Part shown: positions 1 through 9,664 of the stretch, one piece after another
Layout of the letters: each line of letters starts with the position of its first letter
How positions within the stretch are numbered: position 1 is the stretch's first letter
DNA from: Tissierellia bacterium
GTDB lineage: Bacteria; Bacillota; Clostridia; Tissierellales; Sedimentibacteraceae
Assembly (NCBI GenBank): GCA_012518555.1
Contig: JAAYRW010000055.1
Coordinates: forward strand, 1 to 61,756
Length of the DNA: 61,756 bases
Reading direction: 5' to 3'
Made by a program: the position numbers and the translations under genes
Notes under the pieces: model-generated
What the model was told of the DNA's origin: nothing
Database searches by the model: none
The model's input: the letters and a program-made list of their open reading frames with translations, nothing else

Positions 1-233
1 GTTTCCGACTCACTTATGTAATCAATATTGATATATACGTCTATTCTACCTCTTTGTATACTATTTTTCAAGATTTTTCTTATATTGTCTTCAAAAAACC
101 TCAAATGTCTCGGTGTTTTTATATTTATATCACAATATCTATTATTAATTGTTTTTATTTCAGCCGTAATACTTCTTTTCCCATCATTATATTCACCTTT
201 GCCGTAACCGGTCATACTGTATATATTTGCCAT
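1..233 (-). CDS. yloC: YicC/YloC family endoribonuclease, 5' part (runs off the window edge)
   Basis: Not in the ORF track. Manual translation from ATG at 233 gives MANIYSMTGYGKGE...EIKTINNRYCDINIK...RGRIDVYI, with the SMTGYG and N-R-Y-D motifs of YicC. GGAG RBS upstream. Confidence 0.9.
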   Translation of the reverse strand, partial: MANIYSMTGYGKGEYNDGKRSITAEIKTINNRYCDINIKTPRHLRFFEDNIRKILKNSIQRGRIDVYINIDYISESE

Positions 234-346
234 TTTGCTCTCCAATTATTTTATTATAAGGGATTACTGTTTGTAGGTATGTCCCCTAATACCTCATACC
301 ATTATAACATCAAAAGCTATTTAGTAAACAAAAAATAATATTTTAA

Positions 347-375
347 ATGACATAAATAGTAATTTGCGGTACAAT
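347..375 (+). promoter_or_regulatory. Putative sigma-A promoter of rqcH
   Basis: ATGACA-N17-TACAAT, 24 nt upstream of the ATG. Confidence 0.5.
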
Positions 376-398
376 ATAAGGGAAAGAGAGGTTTTATA

Positions 399-2153
399 AT
401 GTCATTAGACGGTATTTTTTTAAACAGTATAAGAAATAATTTATACGACAACTTAGTCGGCGGCCGTGTTGATAAAATTCATCAGCCAGATAAAAACGAA
501 ATAGTCTTACTAATACGTAGTAAGGGTGAAAACCACAGACTGCTAATAACTGCCATCAGCAGCAGTCCTAGAATGCACATAACTAATATAAATCGTAAAA
601 ATCCAGAGCAACCGCCAATGTTTTGCATGTTGTTACGAAAACATCTCATTAGTTCACGGATAATAGATATAAAACAAATAAATTTTGACCGAATAGTTGA
701 AATTACTTTCCAGTGTAAAGATGAATTGGAAACCACTGTCCACAAGTCTCTGATTGTAGAAATAATGGGTAAGCACAGTAATATTATTTTTGTAGACGAA
801 AACAAAAAAATAATTGATTCAATAAAAAGAATTACCGAAAATATAAGTTCCATTAGGCAAATATACCCGGGACTAACTTATACAACTCCTCCCGCTTCTG
901 GTAAGTTGAATCCTTTGAAAGCTACAAAAGAATCTTTCATGGATAAAATTAACTCAACTAATGCTGGAGTATATATTTATAATTTTATTTATAAATCTTT
1001 TACCGGTATAAGCCCTTTTGTAAGTAGGGAAATCTGCTACTTGGCAAATTTAAATGAAAGCACCTATTTAGGTGAATTAAATGAATTTACAAAGGAAAAA
1101 CTTTGGAATGCTTTTTATTCAGTTATAAATAAAGTAAAATCCAAGGATTTTACATATAAAATATACTATAAGGATGAAGTCCAGCATTTTTACTGTATAG
1201 ACCTTGAGAATTTAGAGAATTATAAATTCATAACATTCAATAGTCCTGGTGAATTATTAGATGACTACTATTTAGAATTAGATAGCAAAAATAGAATAAA
1301 GCAAAAAGTTTCATCCCTTATTAAAAGTATTAATACTAAAATCCATAGAAATAAAAAGAAGCTAGAGAAACAGAGAACGGAACTTCTCACTGCGGAAAAC
1401 AGAGAAAAATATAAAGTATACGGAGAACTTATACTTGCTAACTTGCATAAAACTCCTGAAAACAATAAGTTAACCGTCATAAATTACTATGATCCGGAAC
1501 AAAAGGAAATGATTATACCTTTAGATCCTAAACTTAGTTTATCTCTTAATAGTCAGAAATATTTTAGAAGGTACAACAAACTAAAAAAAGCTGAAGAGGA
1601 ACTACAAAAGTTAATAGGCTCCACCTTAGAGGAAGTATCCTATCTTGAAAATATACTGTATTCTATCGAAACATGCGAAACTATGGATGATTTAGATGCC
1701 ATTTACGACGAGCTTGTAGAAGCCGGTTTTATGAAAAGAAAGTCAAAAGCTAAAAAATCAAAACTAAAATCAAAGCCTGCTGAAATTACTAGCTATATAT
1801 CTTCACAAGGTCATGAAATATTAGTAGGAAAAAACAATGTCCAAAACGATAGAATAACCTTTAAAATAGCTAAAAAGGATGATTACTGGTTCCATGCTAA
1901 AGACATTCCCGGTTCTCATGTTATTATAAGAACTAAGGGTGATAACTTAACAGAGGAAGAATATCTAGAAGCAGCAAAAGTAGCTGCCTACTACAGTAAG
2001 GGAAGAAACTCAAACAAGGTAGAAGTAGATTATACGAAAAAGTCAAACATAAAAAAGCCTGCCAACGCAAGGCCCGGCTTCGTAATTTATAACAACTACT
2101 CTTCCATAAGTGTAAAACCAAGCACTGAGGGAATCAAAATAAAAGAAGTATAA
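399..2153 (+). CDS. rqcH: Rqc2/RqcH (FbpA, NFACT) ribosome quality-control protein
   Basis: N-terminal MSLDG, PPMFCMLLRKHL, EIMGKHSNII, and C-terminal VGKNNVQND...WFHAKDIPGSHV NFACT-R motifs. Confidence 0.95.
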   Translation: MSLDGIFLNSIRNNLYDNLVGGRVDKIHQPDKNEIVLLIRSKGENHRLLITAISSSPRMHITNINRKNPEQPPMFCMLLRKHLISSRIIDIKQINFDRIVEITFQCKDELETTVHKSLIVEIMGKHSNIIFVDENKKIIDSIKRITENISSIRQIYPGLTYTTPPASGKLNPLKATKESFMDKINSTNAGVYIYNFIYKSFTGISPFVSREICYLANLNESTYLGELNEFTKEKLWNAFYSVINKVKSKDFTYKIYYKDEVQHFYCIDLENLENYKFITFNSPGELLDDYYLELDSKNRIKQKVSSLIKSINTKIHRNKKKLEKQRTELLTAENREKYKVYGELILANLHKTPENNKLTVINYYDPEQKEMIIPLDPKLSLSLNSQKYFRRYNKLKKAEEELQKLIGSTLEEVSYLENILYSIETCETMDDLDAIYDELVEAGFMKRKSKAKKSKLKSKPAEITSYISSQGHEILVGKNNVQNDRITFKIAKKDDYWFHAKDIPGSHVIIRTKGDNLTEEEYLEAAKVAAYYSKGRNSNKVEVDYTKKSNIKKPANARPGFVIYNNYSSISVKPSTEGIKIKEV

Positions 2154-2157
2154 AAAC

Positions 2158-2194
2158 AAAGATAATGGGGCATTTTAGGCCTGCCCCATTATCT

Positions 2195-2196
<2 letters not shown>
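2158..2196. terminator. Bidirectional intrinsic terminator between convergent rqcH and pyrR
   Basis: AAAGATAATGGGGCA-loop-TGCCCCATTATCTTT 15-bp stem. Confidence 0.85.
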
Positions 2197-2737
<541 letters not shown>

Positions 2738-2764
2738 TCAATTACAAAAGTCTAGTTAGCATTA

Positions 2765-2790
2765 AGATCCTTCCTTATCTCAAGATGACA
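2765..2790. repeat. Degenerate AGATxxTTC...AxATGACA half-element (repeat family 2)
   Basis: AGATCCTTCCTTATCTCAAGATGACA resembles 37001-37029 and the right arm of 45565-45598. Confidence 0.4.
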
Positions 2791-2791
2791 A

Positions 2792-3778
2792 TTAAGTTTT
2801 TATTATTTTCAATACCTTTAAAAAATAATCTGGTAATTCACTTTCAAATTCCATGTAGTTATTACTTGTAGGATGGACAAATCCTAATTTTTTAGAATGA
2901 AGTAGCTGTCCTTCAAGACCAAATTTATTGGACTTACTGCCGTAGACTGTATCTCCTACTACAGGATGCCCTATATACTTGGTATGCACTCGTATTTGAT
3001 GAGTTCTTCCTGTTTGTAATTTTAATTCAAGCAAGGTGTACCTGCCGTATCCTTTAACTACCTGGAATTCTGTAATTGCTTCCTTGCTATTTTTGCTTGT
3101 TACAGCACGCTTTTTCCTATCTTTTTCACTTCTTCCCAAAGGTGCATTTATTACACCTTGAGGATCTTTTACATTTCCTTCTACTAATGCATAGTAAATT
3201 CTTTTTATGGAATGTGCTTTTAAAGATTGGGCTAAAAACTTATGTACTTGATCGTTTTTTGCCACTAGCATAAGACCTGAAGTATCCTTATCCAATCTAT
3301 GAACTATTCCCGGTCGCAGGTCTCCATTTATTGAAGACAAGCTTTCCATATAGTATAAAAGACCGTTTACTAATGTTCCTGAATAATGTCCCGGCGCTGG
3401 ATGGACTACCATTCCTTGAGGCTTGTTTATTACGGCTAAGTCTTGGTCTTCATATACAATATCCAAAGGAATATTTTCAGCTTCAACTTCTACTATTTCC
3501 GGCGGAGGTATAATAATTTTAATAATATCTTTTACTTTAATTTTATAATTAGATTTTATTTTTCTTTCATTAACTGTTATACTGCCTTGGTCGATTAACT
3601 TTTGAATGAAACTTCTTGAAATAGTATGTAATTTTTCAGCTAAATAAACATCTATCCTTAGATTTTCCACATCTGAAATAATACAAATTTCTTTTTCTTC
3701 AGTATCAAAATCATCTTCTCCAAAACCGGAATAATTATTTTTTTCCTTTTCATTTAAACTATCTACCTGCTTATTCAT
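2792..3778 (-). CDS. rluD: RluA/RluD family 23S rRNA pseudouridine synthase
   Basis: S4 domain (RIDVYLA), NKPQGMVVHP, RPGIVHRLDKDTSG, TGRTHQIRVH. The start is uncertain (3778 or 3796). Confidence 0.93.
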   Translation of the reverse strand: MNKQVDSLNEKEKNNYSGFGEDDFDTEEKEICIISDVENLRIDVYLAEKLHTISRSFIQKLIDQGSITVNERKIKSNYKIKVKDIIKIIIPPPEIVEVEAENIPLDIVYEDQDLAVINKPQGMVVHPAPGHYSGTLVNGLLYYMESLSSINGDLRPGIVHRLDKDTSGLMLVAKNDQVHKFLAQSLKAHSIKRIYYALVEGNVKDPQGVINAPLGRSEKDRKKRAVTSKNSKEAITEFQVVKGYGRYTLLELKLQTGRTHQIRVHTKYIGHPVVGDTVYGSKSNKFGLEGQLLHSKKLGFVHPTSNNYMEFESELPDYFLKVLKIIKT

Positions 3779-4247
3779 TTCTTTCACTCGTTTCAAACTT
3801 ATTAAACAAAATTAAAATCATCATAAGTATAGCACCACAGACGACAAAACTATCAGCTACATTGAAAATAGGAAAATTATAAAGATTTCCAAACCTTACA
3901 TCTATAAAATCTATAACATATCCTAAGAGTAGTCTGTCGATGAAATTTCCTATCGCACCGCCTGCAGTCATAGCTATTGATAACTTAGATAGTTTGGTAA
4001 GATTCTTAGTATTAAAATAAATATACCCTAATATAAGAAGAACTATTACGGTAACTATAATAAAAAACCACCTTTGGTTCTGTAATATGCTAAAAGCTGC
4101 TCCCCTATTTTCAGCATAGGTAAATCGGAGAAAGTTTTCTGTTATTTTAATTGATTCTCCGTTTTTAAGTACATTTACTGCCCACCTTTTAGTAACTTGA
4201 TCAAGTAATATAGAAAAAATAAATATAATTCCAATAATAAAATTCAT
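3771..4247 (-). CDS. lspA: Lipoprotein signal peptidase II
   Basis: DQVTK, NRGAAFS, GAIGNFIDR, VIDFI, FNVAD motifs. Confidence 0.96.
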   Translation of the reverse strand: MNFIIGIIFIFSILLDQVTKRWAVNVLKNGESIKITENFLRFTYAENRGAAFSILQNQRWFFIIVTVIVLLILGYIYFNTKNLTKLSKLSIAMTAGGAIGNFIDRLLLGYVIDFIDVRFGNLYNFPIFNVADSFVVCGAILMMILILFNKFETSERNE

Positions 4248-4257
4248 ACTCTCCTCG

Positions 4258-5061
4258 CTAAATATAATGCTTTATTTCAATTTTTATTCTACCACTTCTA
4301 GTTCTTCCATTAATTCTATGGATTTTAAAGCGCCCCCACTTGCTTATTGACAGCAGATCATCTTCCTTCAGCTCAAAACTGACCTTTTCTTCAGGAAGAT
4401 AATTAACTTTTACTTTTCCTGATTTTACTATAGCTGCAGCTTTATCGCGAGAGGAGTTTGTAATGTGTTTTACAATATTGTCCAACCGCATAGATGAACT
4501 GTTAATATTCATAATTTTGTGTTCCTGTTCCTTATAACTTACTTCCTCTAACTTAATTATTTCCGTTTCTACTTTATTATTTCCTACCTTATCTAAATTG
4601 TATACTATATAATCAGAAATCTCCCGGTGAACAATTATATCAGCATAGGTACTATATACATATATATCCCCGGTTCTATTTCTTTCAATACCTAAGGACA
4701 TTAAAGCTCCTAAATAATCCCTATGGTCTAATTTTTTAAATTTAGATTTGTTATGTATACGAATGCCACAAAGAAAATCATTAATTTCTATATTAGAGTA
4801 TATAGGGTATAAAATGAAAACTTTCCTCTCACTATGTTCATATGAGGGGAAAATTTCAAATTTTATATTATTATTTTCTATTACAGCTATAGATAACTCT
4901 ATGGCTCGGTGATTCATAAATTCCGTTGCCTCAGGTATGTAATTTTTACTTACTACCGACCCTTTGTCGGCGATTTTTTTAACTGTATTTTTCGTCTCTT
5001 CATCCTTGATGAAGTTCAAATATTTTTCTAACATATTTCTCCTCGCATATTCATTGGCCAT
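4258..5061 (-). CDS. ylmH: YlmH/Sll1252 family S4-domain RNA-binding protein
   Basis: HRDYLGALMSLGIER...GDI motif, C-terminal S4 (SMRLD), and position after ylmG. Confidence 0.9.
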   Translation of the reverse strand: MANEYARRNMLEKYLNFIKDEETKNTVKKIADKGSVVSKNYIPEATEFMNHRAIELSIAVIENNNIKFEIFPSYEHSERKVFILYPIYSNIEINDFLCGIRIHNKSKFKKLDHRDYLGALMSLGIERNRTGDIYVYSTYADIIVHREISDYIVYNLDKVGNNKVETEIIKLEEVSYKEQEHKIMNINSSSMRLDNIVKHITNSSRDKAAAIVKSGKVKVNYLPEEKVSFELKEDDLLSISKWGRFKIHRINGRTRSGRIKIEIKHYI

Positions 5062-5064
5062 TTT

Positions 5065-5325
5065 TTATAGGGCGAATACCATAGTTTGTAATAAGTTAAG
5101 CAATATCATTGCCAGCAATGGAGAAAAGTCAATCATTCCCATGCCTAGGCCTAGTTTATCTAAAATTGCCCTACAAGGTGCCAGTATTGGCTCGGTCATC
5201 TGATAGATAAAGTAAGCAATCTGTGAAGAACGTAGGGTTGGGAAAAAAGTTAATATCACTCTTATTAGTATTAAAGAATTAATAATTCTTAATAGTAGTT
5301 CGAGGGCTATTTTGATTGTATACAT
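5065..5325 (-). CDS. ylmG: YggT/YlmG family membrane protein
   Basis: TEPILAP and IDFSPL motifs; follows sepF. Confidence 0.92.
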   Translation of the reverse strand: MYTIKIALELLLRIINSLILIRVILTFFPTLRSSQIAYFIYQMTEPILAPCRAILDKLGLGMGMIDFSPLLAMILLNLLQTMVFAL

Positions 5326-5334
5326 AGTCGCTCC

Positions 5335-5775
5335 TTATTTGCCAAAGTAGTAATTCCTTTCGTATCTATTGCTTAACCTTCCGTCAATTTGTACATTGTT
5401 GGGAGCTAAAACAAAAATTCCATTAGATACTTTCTGTATACTTGCTTCTAAGGCATATACAGCACCTTTAATAAACTCAAATACCTGTTTTTGATCTTCA
5501 AGTTCCATTCCTTCAATATTAAGAACTACAACCTTTCTGTTTTTCATTTCATCAACAGCTTTAGTACAGTCCTCATATTTTTCCGGCTCACATATATAGA
5601 CTTTCATATCAGTGTTAGAATGAACCTTTATTACATTGTTTCTTCTTGTAAAAGTTTCCATTCTTTCATTTCTGTTGCTTTCTAACCTTCCTTCAGAAAC
5701 AACATCCTCCTCTTCATATTCTTCTTCTAAGTCAGTGATGCCTATGAAGTCTTTTACTCTGTTAATCATACCCAT
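5335..5775 (-). CDS. sepF: Cell division protein SepF
   Basis: N-terminal amphipathic helix, VVLNIE...FIKGAVYAL..IQKVS..IFVLAP. Start moved to the ATG at 5775 after an AGGAGG RBS. Confidence 0.9.
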   Translation of the reverse strand: MGMINRVKDFIGITDLEEEYEEEDVVSEGRLESNRNERMETFTRRNNVIKVHSNTDMKVYICEPEKYEDCTKAVDEMKNRKVVVLNIEGMELEDQKQVFEFIKGAVYALEASIQKVSNGIFVLAPNNVQIDGRLSNRYERNYYFGK

Positions 5776-5776
5776 A

Positions 5777-6478
5777 CTAATCCTCCTTGTAATTTCTTGC
5801 TCCAAAAATTGCTGTTCCTACACGTATTATGTTAGAGCCTTCTTCAATAGCGATTTCAAAATCATTAGTCATACCCATTGACAAATACTTCATTTCAGTA
5901 TTTTTAAAATTCATAACCGAAACTTTGTCAAATATATTTTTCATTTTTTTGAAAACCCATCTTACATCTTCCGGGTCTTCGCAAAAAGGGGCTACAGTCA
6001 TTAATCCCATTACCTTTATATTTTCAAACTCTTCCATAGATTCTAAAAATTCATAAATACTTTCTTCGCTAATGCCGAACTTACTTTCTTCTCCTCCGAT
6101 ATTCAGTTCAACTAATACTTTTGCTAGTAAATTATTTTGAGATGCTCTTTTGTTAATTTCTTTAGCAAGTTTCAAGCTTTCTACAGAATGAATCATCTCT
6201 ACTTTATCGATTATGTATTTGACCTTATTTCTTTGCAAGTGACCTATCATATGCCATTTAACATCTGTATCTGTAAGGCTATCGTACTTTTTTATTAATT
6301 CCTGAACTCTATTTTCACCTAAATTTACTATTCCTGATTCAACAGCTTTTAATGCCCTGTTAGAATCAACCGTTTTTGAAACTGCTACTACCATTATGTC
6401 CGCAGGGTCTCGCCCTACCTTTTTCGCTGCTTTTTCTACTTTATTCAAAATACTGTCAATGTTCTCCTTAATGCTCAA
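5777..6478 (-). CDS. yggS: YggS/YlmE PLP homeostasis protein
   Basis: VAVSKT, GENRVQE, WHMIGHLQRNK, LSMGMTNDF, RVGTAIFG. TTG start at 6478 after AGGAGG. Confidence 0.95.
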   Translation of the reverse strand: MSIKENIDSILNKVEKAAKKVGRDPADIMVVAVSKTVDSNRALKAVESGIVNLGENRVQELIKKYDSLTDTDVKWHMIGHLQRNKVKYIIDKVEMIHSVESLKLAKEINKRASQNNLLAKVLVELNIGGEESKFGISEESIYEFLESMEEFENIKVMGLMTVAPFCEDPEDVRWVFKKMKNIFDKVSVMNFKNTEMKYLSMGMTNDFEIAIEEGSNIIRVGTAIFGARNYKED

Positions 6479-6488
6479 CTTTTTCCTC

Positions 6489-7718
6489 CTAATCTGCAAT
6501 TTGACCTTCGTATACCTTATCCGGCTCCAGTATTACTTTGTCAAATATTTTCACGGTAGGATGCTTATCTGTTTCTATAGTTATTACTCTTCTTTCGTCG
6601 GTGCCGGTATATTCTCCTATTGAAATTATAGAGCTTTCTTCATCACTGCCCAAAATTTCAACTGGGAAAAATTTTATAATATTACTGGCATCCTGAACGT
6701 ATACACCTACTATACCGTCTTTTTCTATCAATGCTTGATTATTCACTTTAATTCCTTCATGGATTGCCGTAATAAGCTCTAAGTTAAGGTATCTTTTATT
6801 GTAAATTTTATAGAAATAATCATCAAAAAACAATATTAAAACTGATTGTTCACTTCCATAATTTATTTTTTCTATATATCCCCAGACTTCCTGCTCTTCT
6901 CCCTGTGAAATCACCCTAACTTTTACATATTTATTTTCTTCAAAAAGCTTTGCTTTTTCATTATCTACCGTGGCTGCTATATAGTATTCAAAATTTCTTA
7001 TTATTTTGTAAAAGCTTTCGTCCTGTTGTACGTTCTGTCTTTCTTCCTTTAAAGTATATTCACGTTTTATGGTACTAGTAGGTGTCATTTCCAAAGCATT
7101 TTCGAACTTATAAACATCCTCTAAACCGTCTATTTTATAGGAAATAATTCCTGCCCGGTTAGAATAATATGGAACCCTATTTGTAGAAAGGCTTTGCATA
7201 AGGTTGTTTTTCATTTCGTAAAGCTGTGCTAGCGTATAATCTGAATAATCCTGGGAAGTTGTAAAGTTATTATTTACTTGTCCAACTATATTATACATAT
7301 TTTCTAAATCGTTATTTAATATACTTAATTGTATTTCGTTTTGATAAGCAGTGAGGTTTTCCTTAGAAAAAACATATTCTTCATTACTTTCTTTACTATC
7401 TATAGTTTGTTGAATTTCTGCAATTTGTCTGTTAATTTCATGTGAGTCAGCATCAGTATTTAAATCTGCAATTAGTTGACCTGCCTTTACTTTAGCCCCT
7501 TCTTCAAGGTAGTATAAAACACTGCCACTAAGTCTTGCACTATATACTTCTTCATCCTTTATAACAATTCCCTCTGCCTTAATAATATCCTCTAAAACTC
7601 CATTTTCTACCACCATAAAATCTGCAGAAACTTTAAAATTTTGAAATACATAGATGGCTATTACAACTGTTGCAAAAGAAAGGAAGAAATTCTTTAAACC
7701 AAATTTTTTTCTTGCCAC
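6489..7718 (-). CDS. HlyD-like membrane-fusion/periplasmic adaptor protein
   Basis: N-terminal TM anchor, split lipoyl-like hairpin (EGAKVKAGQLIA ... AGIISYKIDG) flanking a coiled coil. Confidence 0.7.
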   Translation of the reverse strand: MARKKFGLKNFFLSFATVVIAIYVFQNFKVSADFMVVENGVLEDIIKAEGIVIKDEEVYSARLSGSVLYYLEEGAKVKAGQLIADLNTDADSHEINRQIAEIQQTIDSKESNEEYVFSKENLTAYQNEIQLSILNNDLENMYNIVGQVNNNFTTSQDYSDYTLAQLYEMKNNLMQSLSTNRVPYYSNRAGIISYKIDGLEDVYKFENALEMTPTSTIKREYTLKEERQNVQQDESFYKIIRNFEYYIAATVDNEKAKLFEENKYVKVRVISQGEEQEVWGYIEKINYGSEQSVLILFFDDYFYKIYNKRYLNLELITAIHEGIKVNNQALIEKDGIVGVYVQDASNIIKFFPVEILGSDEESSIISIGEYTGTDERRVITIETDKHPTVKIFDKVILEPDKVYEGQIAD

Positions 7719-7778
7719 TTTCCTACCCCGTATTTCTATATATTATAAAAGTATTTTGCAAGCTCGTATAGTAAATGT

Positions 7779-7807
7779 ATTATAACTAATTTTCTTGAAA
7801 TGTGCAA
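7779..7807 (-). promoter_or_regulatory. Putative sigma-A promoter of the hlyD-like/yggS/sepF operon
   Basis: Minus strand TTGCAC-N17-TATAAT. Confidence 0.55.
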
Positions 7808-7891
7808 GTTATATATGCTCAACTTCCACCAAGATTTCCAATAATTATTAAATTAAAATAATAATTATGACACATTCATTCCTTTTATATC

Positions 7892-7934
7892 AAAAAAACA
7901 GATTTCCACGTTCTATTAAGAACTGAAAATCTGT
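7892..7934 (-). terminator. Likely spoIVA terminator
   Basis: Minus strand ACAGATTTTCAGTTCT-loop-AGAACGTGGAAATCTGT followed by a T-run. Confidence 0.6.
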
Positions 7935-7996
7935 GGGTTTCCTTTAGCTGGAGAAATGGGCTTCGGTCAAAAAATTGCTTATCTCATAAAGATATC

Positions 7997-9475
7997 TCAA
8001 ACTATTAAGAATATTATACTTCCTTGGCCATCGTTCACTATTTTTTCAATAGTTCTTTTCAATTTTTTTCTTGCATTTTCAGGCATTGTATTTAACTTAG
8101 AATTAAGCTGATCTTCAACTAAAGTTGAAAGAGATTTTCCAAACATTTCAGCTTCCCAAATACTCTCAGGATTTTCTTTCATTTGCTCTGTAAGGTAATT
8201 CATTAAATCTTCACTTTGTTCTTTGTTTCCTATTACCGGTGATACCTCCGCATTGATACCAGCGCTGAAAATGTGAAGAGAGGGTGCCTGAGCTTTAATT
8301 TTTATTCCGTACCTGCCACCTTCTTTGAAAACCTCTGGATAGTCAATAACCATATCTCCTACCGTTGGAGTTACGAAACCATAACCTTTAGTTTTAGCAT
8401 CCTTAATGGCGGCTTCAACCCGGCTGTAACTATTTCTTGTTTTTGACAAATCGCCTATAAGTTTTAGTATTTGATGCTCTCCCCTTATTTCTTCTCCTGA
8501 AAGTTCACTTATTACCTTGTAATAATAAGAATTATCTAAGTCAATATTTAAATTAATAGTTCCCGTACCTAACTCAATATCTTTTACATAGTAATCTTCA
8601 ACATAATCATTTTCAGTTGAAAAAATACTTTCTACATTAAAATCACTTAATTTATAACAGTCTTCAAAATCATTTTTAAGAATACCGATTAAATCTCTTT
8701 TCATGGAATAATCATATGTTAATCCATCAAACCACTTAGGTAAATCTACATTGATTTCTTTGATTGGGAATTCATAAAGAACATTTTCCAAAACTTCTTC
8801 AATATCATCATTTTTTAAATTCATACAGTCAATAACTAATACAGGAGCTTGGTATTTTTCCTTTAACTGTACTGATAGAGCCTGAGTATTTTCATCCTTA
8901 GGATGAGTAGTATTTAATACGATTACGAAAGGTTTATTGATTTCTTTTAACTCCTTTACTACTCTTTCTTCTGCCATAATGTAATTATCTCTGTTAATAT
9001 CCGTAATACTTCCATCTGTAGTTACAAGTACTCCTATTGTAGAGTGGTCATTAATAACTTTCTTAGTTCCTATTTCTGCCGCTTCTGCAAAGGGTATGGG
9101 ATCCTCGTTCCATGGAGTACTAACCAGTCTCGGTATTTCCCCTTCCATATTTCCTATTGCTCCGGGAATCATATACCCTACACAGTCAATAAGTCTTAAT
9201 TTTGCTTTTATATTGTTGTTAAATGTAACTTGAACTGCTTCACCAGGCACAAATTTCGGCTCTGTAGTTGTTACAGTCTTGCCTGTACCGCTTTGAGGCA
9301 TTTCGTCTTTAGCTCTTTCCCTAGTGTATTCATCTTCTATATTGGGTAACATCACATTTTCAGAAAACTTTCTTATAAATGTAGACTTCCCGGTTCTAAC
9401 CGGCCCTACGACACCTAAGTATATCTCACCCTTAGTCCTTTTTGCTATATCTTCATATATATCTAAATTAGTGAT
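7997..9475 (-). CDS. spoIVA: Stage IV sporulation protein A (spore coat morphogenetic ATPase)
   Basis: RAKDEMPQSGTGKTVTTTEPKFVP, RLIDCVGY, AAEIGTKKVI. The frame stays open 40 codons upstream of the called start and includes GVVGPVRTGKSTFI (Walker A). Proposed start is ATC at 9475. Confidence 0.95.
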   Translation of the reverse strand: MTNLDIYEDIAKRTKGEIYLGVVGPVRTGKSTFIRKFSENVMLPNIEDEYTRERAKDEMPQSGTGKTVTTTEPKFVPGEAVQVTFNNNIKAKLRLIDCVGYMIPGAIGNMEGEIPRLVSTPWNEDPIPFAEAAEIGTKKVINDHSTIGVLVTTDGSITDINRDNYIMAEERVVKELKEINKPFVIVLNTTHPKDENTQALSVQLKEKYQAPVLVIDCMNLKNDDIEEVLENVLYEFPIKEINVDLPKWFDGLTYDYSMKRDLIGILKNDFEDCYKLSDFNVESIFSTENDYVEDYYVKDIELGTGTINLNIDLDNSYYYKVISELSGEEIRGEHQILKLIGDLSKTRNSYSRVEAAIKDAKTKGYGFVTPTVGDMVIDYPEVFKEGGRYGIKIKAQAPSLHIFSAGINAEVSPVIGNKEQSEDLMNYLTEQMKENPESIWEAEMFGKSLSTLVEDQLNSKLNTMPENARKKLKRTIEKIVNDGQGSIIFLIV

Positions 9476-9513
9476 AATAATCCCTCCCCTTGCAAATATG
9501 CACTATACAATTA

Positions 9514-9544
9514 ATTTATATGCCTTGTTTACATTCTTTATTCC
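9514..9544 (-). promoter_or_regulatory. Putative sigma-E promoter of spoIVA
   Basis: Minus strand gaATA-N16-CATATAAAT; spoIVA is a known sigma-E target. Confidence 0.55.
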
Positions 9545-9664
9545 AAAAATAATAAAAAAGAGAACAGTTTATTTGTTTTTTCAAAAACCCGTTCCCTTAT
9601 TATCTCACTCCTAGTTCTTTGTTCGAAAAGGCGACAATATCGCTATCCCATCGTAACTTATCTA

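Noticed and set aside
54-338. Plus-strand 94-aa ORF
   Set aside because: Antisense shadow of the yloC 5' end and promoter region; no recognisable motifs.
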